This document shows positions 8,153-15,564 of a stretch of 32,000 nt of DNA, in pieces (position 1 is the first letter of the stretch; every line of letters starts with the position of its first letter). Origin of the DNA: Erysipelotrichaceae bacterium. GTDB lineage: Bacteria; Bacillota_I; Bacilli_A; Erysipelotrichales; Erysipelotrichaceae. The stretch is taken from contig OY760660.1 of assembly GCA_963663995.1 (NCBI GenBank), positions 690,001 through 722,000 on the forward strand, written 5' to 3'. The position numbers and the translations under genes were made by a program. The notes under the pieces are model-generated. The model had not been told where the DNA came from. It saw only the letters and a program-made list of their open reading frames with translations, and did no database searches.

Positions 8153-8831
8153 ATAGATCATTTAAACCTTTATTATCTCCATACATTGAATACCAGTCTT
8201 TATTGAAATCATTGACTGCTTTTTCAATATTTGGATTATCAAAGATATTTTTCAGTAAATCAACAGGTGCTGTTATGGCTTGTGCACCCGCATTGAAGGC
8301 ATCTTTGATTTGTTGATTATTCTTAAAACTAGCTGCCACAATCTTACAATCATAATCATCACTGGCGATTCGATATGATAAATGATCGATTAAATCATAA
8401 GGATCTGTACCTAAATTACTCATCCGATTTACATAGGGGGCAATATAATCTGCTCCAGCTGCTAAGGCAAGATAAGCTTGCATTAAATCATAGACAGCAG
8501 TAGCTGTTACTTTATAACCTTTTTCTTTTAAAGTTTTAATGGCTTTTAAACCAACCATATTTACTGGAATTTTGATATAAACTTGCTTATCCACTTCTTG
8601 GTGAATTTTTTTTGCTTCCGCTAAAATACCTTCATAATCTTTCGCAATTACTTGAATATGTAAACTACGATCTTTACCAATGATTTCTCTTATTTCACGC
8701 ATATGCGCATAGAAATCTTTGGGAGACACTTTTTTTACGATACTTGGATTAGAAGTAACACCCACAATTGGTAAATACTCAACCGCTTCTCTTATTTCAT
8801 CTAAATTTATGGTATCAATAATAAATTCCAT
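8151..8831 (-). CDS. fsa: Fructose-6-phosphate-aldolase-type (FSA/TalC subfamily) class I aldolase
   Basis: It aligns by eye with E. coli FsaA: GVTSNPSI; a Schiff-base Lys in YIKIPV (K87); IQV (Q60) in place of the transaldolase Glu; APYVNRM (Y133) in place of the transaldolase SPFxGR Phe. An AGGAGG SD overlaps the GRE stop. Confidence 0.85.
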   Translation of the reverse strand: MEFIIDTINLDEIREAVEYLPIVGVTSNPSIVKKVSPKDFYAHMREIREIIGKDRSLHIQVIAKDYEGILAEAKKIHQEVDKQVYIKIPVNMVGLKAIKTLKEKGYKVTATAVYDLMQAYLALAAGADYIAPYVNRMSNLGTDPYDLIDHLSYRIASDDYDCKIVAASFKNNQQIKDAFNAGAQAITAPVDLLKNIFDNPNIEKAVNDFNKDWYSMYGDNKGLNDL

Positions 8832-8839
8832 AAAACCTC

Positions 8840-11251
8840 CTAAATACTTTGTTCTGTTCTTTCAATGATATCATCTTGTGTTGCTTTTGATAAAACATTG
8901 AAGAAAGCAGAATATCCAGCCACCCGAACAATTAAATCACGGTGTTTTTCAGGATGATTTTGAGCATCAATTAAGGTTTCGCGAGAAACGACATTGTATT
9001 GCACATGATAACCTTTTAATCGATTAAAGAATGTACGAATTAACATTTCTAATTTAAGTTTATTCTCATCAGTGGATAACATTTGTGGTGTCACTTTTTG
9101 GTTTAATAAAACACCACCTGTTATTTCATGTGTTGGTAATTTAGAAACTGTTTTAAAAACAGCTGTGGGACCCGATTTATCCATTGAATGAGCTGGTGAG
9201 CAACCTTCAGCTAGCGGTGACCTTCCTTTTCTTCCATCAGGTGTTGCTTTCGTTTTTAAACCTTGTCCTACATTGGCTGAGATAGATGATGTTCCTGCAT
9301 AGCGGATTCCACCAATCGGACCACGATTATGGCGTGTGTTAGGGTATTTCTTCATTTCTGAAATATAGGAATCGTACGCATCAACGACTAATTGATCTAC
9401 ATAATCATTGTCATTTCCATATTTCGGTGATTCCATGATTAACATTTGTTGAATTTTTTGAGACTTTTCAGATGTAAAATCATCTTCTAAAGCAGCCCAT
9501 AATTCTTCTGTTGTGATTTTTTCTTGTTCAAAGACTAATTTCTTAATGGCGGCTAAGCTATCCGCTGTATTGGCAATTCCTACTTGTAATCCTGAGATAA
9601 AGTCATAAATCGCTCCACCCTCTTTAATCGATTTACCACGACCAATACAATCTTGAGTTAAGGTTGAACATAAAATATCAGGTACTGAACGCTCTAATGC
9701 TAAATCAACAGTATTTTCAACAATCACTGACATACGTGTTAATTCACGTACCGTTTTATCCCAAGCATCCGCTAATTCTTCATAAGAAGACATGTCCGTA
9801 AAGTGGCCATATCCTTTAGTAAAACGTTTTCCACTTGTCACATCAATCCCATTATTCATCGTGATTAAAAGAATACGTGGGAAGTTCATATAACTCATAC
9901 CGGTACAACGATATCCCCATTTCCCTGGAACCGCTGTTTCAACACAACCAATCGCTGAATAATTATAGGCATCTTCTTCAGAAACCCCTAAATTTATAAA
10001 AGAAGGAATAATAATTTCATCACTATTAAAGGCCGGCATACCGGTTCCAAGTTTCATAACTTCGATACATTCATTCATAAATTTTTGGTCTAAACCTGCA
10101 TAATAGCGAACGGTTAAATTAGGTTGAGGTAAGCGAGTTTGAGCAACTGATTTTAAAACTAAGTAGGATAGCGCATTTACAGCATCTTTTTTATCACTTG
10201 TTTGCCCACCAATTGTGACATTTTGATATAGGGGAGATCCAGCACTTGAATAGGTGTGTGCTTGACTTCTAACTTTATTAATTGTGTATGTTTTAATCCA
10301 AAGATTTGTTAAATATTCTACCGCTTCATCTTCTTCAATAATCCCTCTTTCAAAATCTGCTTTGTAATAAGGATAAATATATTGATCAAATCGTCCATAG
10401 GATAAGGAGTGTCCATTTGATTCTATTTGCAGAATTAATTGAATAAACCAAGTAGCTTGGATAGCTTCTTTAAAAGAACTCGCTGGATAATAAGGTACTT
10501 TCTCACAGATATCAGCCATCTCTAATAATTCTACTTTACGTTTATCCTCTGCCGTTTTCGCTAAATCTTTCGCTAATGTAGCATAACGATGAGCGAAATT
10601 TTGAACCGCATCAATCGTAATTAAAACAGAACGATAGAAATGATATTTATCAATATTTTCAGGTATGGTTAAATCTAAATCTTCTTTTAATTTTAAAGTT
10701 CTTTCTTCATAGCCTTTTAAACCTAATTTAAGCATTGATTCATAATCGACCGCTAAGTGGGCATCCCCTGAGTTTAATTTACCTTCCATGCCAAAGAAAC
10801 CCGTTTCCATAAAGACAGAAACTTCATCAGGTAACATCGCTCCACCTTTAGCACGTAAGTTATTATTCTCCCAAAAGTCAGCAATAGATCGTAAATCTTC
10901 TTTAGCTTTCTCTGTAATATAGAAAACATCACCATCACGTTTTTCAAATAAATCAAGTTCTTTAATAACAAACTCTAACGTATACTCAGGAAAAATAGGT
11001 GCATCTTTATTTGACTCCGCTTGGTTCCCTACAATTAAAGTTTCATCTTCAATATAAATTGTCATTTTATCTAAGATGTTCTTAAGCATTAAAGCTCTTT
11101 GAATAACAACCGGTTGATTCTTAGTTTCTTTGTAAGACTCTGTTACCAGTAGTGCTCTTTCAGCACTAATATAAGGTTTCTTTTCCAAAACAGCTTCACG
11201 ATAATCATTCATACGTTGACTTAAAGATCCGAAATATGCATCATTTTTCAT
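8840..11251 (-). CDS. Glycyl radical enzyme, dehydratase/eliminase class (PFL2/YbiW/PflD-like), 803 aa
   Basis: The C-terminal glycyl radical motif is LIVRVAGYSAFF (G779, codon 8915-8917). The thiyl loop has a single Cys, AIGCVETAV (C436/E438, 9938-9949), not the CC pair of true pyruvate formate-lyase. A GGAG SD is present. Confidence 0.9.
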   Translation of the reverse strand: MKNDAYFGSLSQRMNDYREAVLEKKPYISAERALLVTESYKETKNQPVVIQRALMLKNILDKMTIYIEDETLIVGNQAESNKDAPIFPEYTLEFVIKELDLFEKRDGDVFYITEKAKEDLRSIADFWENNNLRAKGGAMLPDEVSVFMETGFFGMEGKLNSGDAHLAVDYESMLKLGLKGYEERTLKLKEDLDLTIPENIDKYHFYRSVLITIDAVQNFAHRYATLAKDLAKTAEDKRKVELLEMADICEKVPYYPASSFKEAIQATWFIQLILQIESNGHSLSYGRFDQYIYPYYKADFERGIIEEDEAVEYLTNLWIKTYTINKVRSQAHTYSSAGSPLYQNVTIGGQTSDKKDAVNALSYLVLKSVAQTRLPQPNLTVRYYAGLDQKFMNECIEVMKLGTGMPAFNSDEIIIPSFINLGVSEEDAYNYSAIGCVETAVPGKWGYRCTGMSYMNFPRILLITMNNGIDVTSGKRFTKGYGHFTDMSSYEELADAWDKTVRELTRMSVIVENTVDLALERSVPDILCSTLTQDCIGRGKSIKEGGAIYDFISGLQVGIANTADSLAAIKKLVFEQEKITTEELWAALEDDFTSEKSQKIQQMLIMESPKYGNDNDYVDQLVVDAYDSYISEMKKYPNTRHNRGPIGGIRYAGTSSISANVGQGLKTKATPDGRKGRSPLAEGCSPAHSMDKSGPTAVFKTVSKLPTHEITGGVLLNQKVTPQMLSTDENKLKLEMLIRTFFNRLKGYHVQYNVVSRETLIDAQNHPEKHRDLIVRVAGYSAFFNVLSKATQDDIIERTEQSI

Positions 11252-11269
11252 AAAATAAACTCCTTTTTA

Positions 11270-11281
11270 TTTCATTTGAAA
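11270..11281. promoter_or_regulatory. Palindrome TTTCAttTGAAA, candidate DeoR operator in the GRE/activase divergent region
   Basis: 5-bp inverted arms with a 2-bp spacer lie 19 nt upstream of the GRE ATG. The same 12-mer occurs at 13112-13123. Confidence 0.45.
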
Positions 11282-11341
11282 CTTTTTAATGTTTCTTTTA
11301 CAAGTTTAGTCTATAATATTTAAGAAATATGTCAATAAATA

Positions 11342-11369
11342 TTTCATATGAAAGTATATTAACTTTCAT
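11342..11369. promoter_or_regulatory. Composite inverted repeats TTTCAtaTGAAAGT-atatta-ACTTTCAT, candidate operator overlapping the activase promoter -35 region
   Basis: TTTCA-N2-TGAAA (11342-11353) is joined to an 8-bp arm palindrome ATGAAAGT/ACTTTCAT (11348-11355/11362-11369). Confidence 0.45.
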
Positions 11370-11377
11370 TAAGACAA

Positions 11378-11386
11378 TGTTATGAT
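11378..11386 (+). promoter_or_regulatory. Possible extended -10 (TGTTATGAT) for the activase gene
   Basis: TGTTATGAT overlaps the ATGATG at 11382. This placement would exclude the 11382 start and favour ATG 11406. Confidence 0.35.
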
Positions 11387-11405
11387 GAGAAAGAGAAATA
11401 AGCAA

Positions 11406-12302
11406 ATGGAAAAAGGTGTCATTTTCAATATCCAAAAATTTAGTATTCATGATGGTCCAGGAATAAGAACGACCGTATTTTTAAAAGGCTGTCCTTTAAA
11501 ATGTGAATGGTGTTCCAATCCTGAATCACAAGAATTTTCAGTTCAAATCCTTTGGGATGATAGAAAATGTGATAAACAGCTAAAATGCATGAGTGTCTGT
11601 GAAGATAAATCGATTAATCTTGTAAATAATCAAATACTCATTAATCCACAACTTTGTACTCTTTGCGATAAATGCATTAAAGCTTGTCCTAATCAAGCCT
11701 TAAGTTTAAGTGGTGAAACAAAAGAAGTTGAAGATATTGTCAATATTTGTCTACAAGATAAAGATTTCTATGAAGAATCAGAGGGTGGTGTCACTATTTC
11801 AGGTGGTGAAGGAATGTCACAAGCTGAGTTTTTAAAAGATCTTGTCGCTAGGTTAAAAAAAGAAAAGATACATCTAGCCATTGAAACAACTGGTTTTGTG
11901 CAAACCGAAGTATTTAAAGATTTATCCAATCGTTTTGATCTATTACTTTTTGATATGAAACATCATGATTCTACTCAACATAAAAAATATACTGGTGTAA
12001 ACAATGAACTGATCATTCAAAATTTAAGGTATGCTATTCAAAATAATATCAATACATTAGTCAGAATCCCTGTGATCCCTGATGTGAATAATAGTCTTGA
12101 TGATGCTGAAAAATTTTCTAAACTCTTAAATAAAATCGGTGTGCAACGAGTTCAACTTTTACCCTTTCATCAATTTGGGGAAAAGAAATATGATATGTTA
12201 AATCGTGAATATCAGCTCAAAGAAAAAAAAGCCCTCTATCCAGAAGACTTAAAAGATTATCAAAGGATCTTTATCAAACATCAAATTGACTGTTTCTTTT
12301 AA
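11406..12302 (+). CDS. Glycyl radical enzyme activating enzyme (radical SAM) with an inserted 2x[4Fe-4S] ferredoxin-like domain
   Basis: It contains FSIHDGPGIRT, the radical-SAM motif CPLKCEWC (11490-11513), and extra Cys motifs CDKQLKCMSVC and CTLCDKCIKACP. The ORF is open from 11382; I prefer MEKGVIFNIQKF at 11406. Confidence 0.9.
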   Translation: MEKGVIFNIQKFSIHDGPGIRTTVFLKGCPLKCEWCSNPESQEFSVQILWDDRKCDKQLKCMSVCEDKSINLVNNQILINPQLCTLCDKCIKACPNQALSLSGETKEVEDIVNICLQDKDFYEESEGGVTISGGEGMSQAEFLKDLVARLKKEKIHLAIETTGFVQTEVFKDLSNRFDLLLFDMKHHDSTQHKKYTGVNNELIIQNLRYAIQNNINTLVRIPVIPDVNNSLDDAEKFSKLLNKIGVQRVQLLPFHQFGEKKYDMLNREYQLKEKKALYPEDLKDYQRIFIKHQIDCFF

Positions 12303-13063
12303 CTAAGACTTACTTTAATCCCACGATTTTCGAGGGATTTTTTAATTTCATCATCCATTTCAAAATCAGTCACGACTTCGAAGATTCTCTCTGTCTTTAT
12401 GAGTGGAACAACACCACTTTGTTTAAATTTTATCGAATCAGTCACAACAATAACTTTATTTGCTTGCTCAGCCATATCGCGAACGGCTTCAGCACGCATT
12501 AAATCATTTCCAGTAAATCCTATTCTATCTGAGTACCCATCGGTCCCAACAAACAATTTATCAACAAAGAAATTACTAGCACAACGCTTCGTCATCGGAC
12601 CAACCATTACCTGTGCTTCATTTTGATATTCCCCACCAAGGAGTACAATCTTACTTTGATTTACTTTTCTTATAAAATCAGCGACAAAAGCAGAGTTTGT
12701 AATAATCGTAATATCCTTTCGATTAATCGCTAGTTCTAAAGCCACAAGTGCACAGGAAGAACCAGACTCAATCATCACAGTTTCTCCATCCTTTACTGAT
12801 TCAATGGCTTTCTTAGCAATCTTTAACTTTTTATCATAATGATAGGCTAAGCGTGTATTAATATCGTCTTTAGCGTTTAATGTCGCAAATCCATGTTCTC
12901 TTTTAATTAAACCTTTCTCTTCAAGTTGAATTAAATCCTTACGAATAGTAACTTGGGAAACATTAAAAGCTAGTGCTAATTCAGATACATCCACTTTCTT
13001 CTTATCTGTAATCATTTCTAATATTTGTGTATGACGTGTTTCAAGTTTTTTCATCTTAAGCAT
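12299..13063 (-). CDS. DeoR-family transcriptional regulator (N-terminal wHTH plus C-terminal sugar-phosphate-binding DeoR-C domain)
   Basis: The HTH region is VDVSELALAFNVSQVTIRKDLIQLEEKGLIKREHGFA. The C-domain contains ESGSSC...ITNS...LLGGEY...FVGTDG. The start is ambiguous (13063 MLKMKK or 13054 MKKLETRH); the ORF-track start at 13117 lies inside a hairpin. Confidence 0.85.
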   Translation of the reverse strand: MLKMKKLETRHTQILEMITDKKKVDVSELALAFNVSQVTIRKDLIQLEEKGLIKREHGFATLNAKDDINTRLAYHYDKKLKIAKKAIESVKDGETVMIESGSSCALVALELAINRKDITIITNSAFVADFIRKVNQSKIVLLGGEYQNEAQVMVGPMTKRCASNFFVDKLFVGTDGYSDRIGFTGNDLMRAEAVRDMAEQANKVIVVTDSIKFKQSGVVPLIKTERIFEVVTDFEMDDEIKKSLENRGIKVSLS

Positions 13064-13090
13064 AGAATAAACTAAAAAACTTTCATTTAC

Positions 13091-13137
13091 AATAAAAATA
13101 ACTTTCGAATGTTTCATTTGAAATCTTTTCGAAAGTT
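13091..13137 (-). promoter_or_regulatory. Nested palindrome AACTTTCGAA-tg-TTTCATTTGAAA-tctt-TTCGAAAGTT followed by a T-run: operator and/or intrinsic attenuator between the 566-aa gene and deoR
   Basis: 10-bp outer arms (13100-13109/13128-13137) enclose the 12-bp core shared with 11270-11281. On the minus strand the hairpin is followed by ATTTTTATT. An extra TTTCATTT lies at 13081-13088. Confidence 0.5.
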
Positions 13138-13161
13138 ATTTAGTTTATATTTTTTTAAAAC

Positions 13162-14862
13162 TTATTTTGAATTAATTAAAGTTTCAAGTAAGGCAGTCGC
13201 TGTAATTTCTAAGTGATTCTTAGCCGCATCTTTAACACCAAGACCTGAGTAAACTTCACCAACTTTAACATTTGATGCATCTAATGCTTCAAAGTACTTG
13301 TCGATAAGTGGATTACAAGTGTCTTGATCTTGCATAGGTCCAAATGGGTTTGCAAAGTAAGTTACAGATATACCTGATTCATGTGTTGTTGCCATAGCCA
13401 TACGTTTACCGTTAACGAATGTGTCTTTAATTTCTTTAGCACTATCAACAATCTTAACACCTGTTGTATTTTCATAGTTATTCGCATAGAAGAAATAATG
13501 TACAGGATGTGAAGTTGAAATTGTTTCGTAAGTTGAAACAGGAATGATAACACGAGCATTAGTACGTTCTGGATTCATAAAGATTGAACGGTCCATTGTT
13601 TTATATGGGGTACCATTGTCTAAGTCATCTAAACGGATAAAGGCTCCAATTTCAGTTCCTTGGGCAACTACTTTACCATTTTCTAGTTGGAAAGTCCCCA
13701 TATCATCAAAGATAATATCGAAACCTAGTAGTTCTTCATGACCTAATAATTGCATGGCTTCGATCGTTTCTGATTTACCAGCACCACTATCGCCCATGAA
13801 ACAAACACCGATTGGATCACGTCCTTTTAAGTGAACATTGATCATTGCACCGTGAATTGGTAACCAACCACGTTCCATAACAATTGCATTGTGCATTGTT
13901 AACATCATTTTCTTCATGTATCCAAAGTATGAAATCTTTTCACTATAAGCTACTTTTGCAGTCCAGATATCGTTGGCTTTATCGTGGTAATACGTTGTTT
14001 CATCACTACCATCGTTGTAACCAAATATAAGGATACCATCTACTTTTTTCGTTAAGATTTCTTCTTTAGTCGCAAGTTCAAATAAGTTAGCATTTGAAAT
14101 ACCAGAGAAGGAGAAGTCTTTATTGACATAAGCGTAGATTAGTAATTGTCCAACTTTTGCAGGATAAACAAAGTAATCATCTTTGCTAATGGTTAAATCA
14201 GCGATTGGGTTATCTTTTACAAGTTGGAAAGAACCAAAACGTTTCGTTCCTTTTGGTCTTAAAATTAATGGAGCACGAACTAACATTTGATCAATAAACG
14301 GAACGCCTTTTAGATATTCATAACCCGTTGGTATTTTCCATTTAATATCACGTAAAACCATCGAAGCGTTAGTACCAGCTTGAAGTTGGCGATAAACGCG
14401 ATTCTTGCTTCCTTGTAATTTTTCTTGAATACTGCGGTATAAACTTAAAACAGTCGCGTTATAACGAGTATCCATTTCAACAAAGTTATCGGCATGACCA
14501 CTCATTGAAGTCGAAACTTTTAAAACTGATACACGTGACAAGTTACGCCAAGCGTTATAAGCATCTTCAACAATTGTGATTAATTTCTTTGGTTCTTTAG
14601 CTAATGGATGATCAATTTCATCTAGATCAAGTACAAGTAATAATTTGAGTAGTCGAACTAAACCAACAATAGCTTTACTTTGACTTTGACCTTCTAATAA
14701 CCAAGTGTATTTATTTTTATCTGTAGCCTTCAAACCATCTAAATATGTATTTAGAAAAGTTTTAAAACTTTCGTGCGACAAGATCTCATCAGCATCTTTT
14801 GGGAAGAATGCAGAGAAGTTAATTATCGCTGTATCATCGTGAATGTATAATGCATCTTTCAT
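13162..14862 (-). CDS. Uncharacterised 566-aa protein with a PEP-carboxykinase/HPr-kinase-fold nucleotide-binding domain (candidate novel kinase)
   Basis: Ordered motifs in the C-terminal half: LPIHGAMINV (H337); P-loop FMGDSGAGKSE (G357-E365, 13768-13794); IIFDDMGTF (D386-D387); GTEIGAFIRL; ERTNARVIIP (R437). These parallel the PEPCK-ATP motifs MHCSANV / GLSGTGKTT / LIGDDEHGW / FEGGCYAK / ENTRVSYP, and the HprK GxSGxGKSE motif. An AAGAGG SD is present. Confidence 0.6.
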   Translation of the reverse strand: MKDALYIHDDTAIINFSAFFPKDADEILSHESFKTFLNTYLDGLKATDKNKYTWLLEGQSQSKAIVGLVRLLKLLLVLDLDEIDHPLAKEPKKLITIVEDAYNAWRNLSRVSVLKVSTSMSGHADNFVEMDTRYNATVLSLYRSIQEKLQGSKNRVYRQLQAGTNASMVLRDIKWKIPTGYEYLKGVPFIDQMLVRAPLILRPKGTKRFGSFQLVKDNPIADLTISKDDYFVYPAKVGQLLIYAYVNKDFSFSGISNANLFELATKEEILTKKVDGILIFGYNDGSDETTYYHDKANDIWTAKVAYSEKISYFGYMKKMMLTMHNAIVMERGWLPIHGAMINVHLKGRDPIGVCFMGDSGAGKSETIEAMQLLGHEELLGFDIIFDDMGTFQLENGKVVAQGTEIGAFIRLDDLDNGTPYKTMDRSIFMNPERTNARVIIPVSTYETISTSHPVHYFFYANNYENTTGVKIVDSAKEIKDTFVNGKRMAMATTHESGISVTYFANPFGPMQDQDTCNPLIDKYFEALDASNVKVGEVYSGLGVKDAAKNHLEITATALLETLINSK

Positions 14863-14913
14863 AGTAAACCTCTTTCTTTCAGTTCAGAGTTCATAATATC
14901 AAATATCTTAATA

Positions 14914-14968
14914 AAATGAAACAATTTTATGTAATAAAATGTAAATAAATAATGTAAATAAATGAAAC
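14914..14968 (-). promoter_or_regulatory. Promoter/operator region of the 566-aa gene, with two direct GTTTCATTT half-sites
   Basis: The minus strand carries TTGTTTCATTT at plus coordinates 14914-14922 and 14960-14968, the same half-site as the TTTCATTTGAAA operators. A TATTAT -10 candidate lies downstream. Confidence 0.4.
14938..14963. repeat. Perfect tandem duplication of a 13-mer (AATGTAAATAAAT x2)
   Basis: Read directly: 14938-14950 equals 14951-14963. Confidence 0.9.
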
Positions 14969-14994
14969 AAAACTCAAGACATTGCTTGAGTTTT
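14961..14994 (-). terminator. Rho-independent terminator of engB, overlapping its stop codon
   Basis: The stem AAAACTCAAG/CTTGAGTTTT (14969-14978/14985-14994) has a 6-nt loop and is followed on the minus strand by TTTTGTTT. Confidence 0.7.
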
Positions 14995-15564
14995 TATAAA
15001 TTTCTTAATCCAAGCTTCAATTTCGTCTAAACCACTTTTATCAAGTGATGAGAAGATGATCACTGGGTGAACATACTGAGCTTTTAATTCTTTTTCAGCT
15101 TTTAATTTTTGTGAGTAAGTTAACTTATCACTTTTTGTCGCAACCAAGAGTAGTGGATAACCAGCTTCTTCAACAAAGGCTAACATGTCTTCATCATCTT
15201 CTGAAAGTGGATGACGTACATCAATCACTTGAATAACTGCCATAATTTGCTCTCTCTCAGAAAAGTAATCTTCCATCAGTTTTCCATAAGCTAAGAGTTC
15301 TGAGCGTGAACGCTTGGCATACCCATAGCCAGGCACATCCACAAACATCACTTGATGAGGGACTTCATAGAAGTTGATATAACGTGTTTTCCCTGGTCTT
15401 TTACCAACATAGGCTAAAGCTTTCTGACGCGTAATTGAATTGATCAATGATGATTTACCAACATTTGATCGTCCAGCTAAAACCAATTCAGGAAGTTCAG
15501 ATTCTGGGAATTGTTCTTTTCGTACTGCCGTTGTGACAAAGCTAGCACTTTGAAATAGAGCCAT
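14974..15564 (-). CDS. engB: Ribosome biogenesis GTPase EngB/YsxC
   Basis: G1 motif GRSNVGKSS, G3 motif DVPGYG, G4 motif TKSDK. It sits after lon, as in Bacillus. Confidence 0.9.
   Translation of the reverse strand: MALFQSASFVTTAVRKEQFPESELPELVLAGRSNVGKSSLINSITRQKALAYVGKRPGKTRYINFYEVPHQVMFVDVPGYGYAKRSRSELLAYGKLMEDYFSEREQIMAVIQVIDVRHPLSEDDEDMLAFVEEAGYPLLLVATKSDKLTYSQKLKAEKELKAQYVHPVIIFSSLDKSGLDEIEAWIKKFIKTQAMS

Noticed and set aside
8840-11251. Calling the GRE a pyruvate formate-lyase (pflB)
   Set aside because: The thiyl loop is GCVE with a single Cys followed by Glu, not the adjacent Cys-Cys of PFL. The genomic context (FSA aldolase, sugar transporter, DeoR) also argues for a sugar-phosphate dehydratase-type GRE.
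11342-11369. Catabolite-responsive element (cre) for CcpA
   Set aside because: The TGAAAG...CTTTCA arms resemble cre ends, but they are separated by 8 nt, the central CG is missing, and the 14-bp cre spacing is not met.
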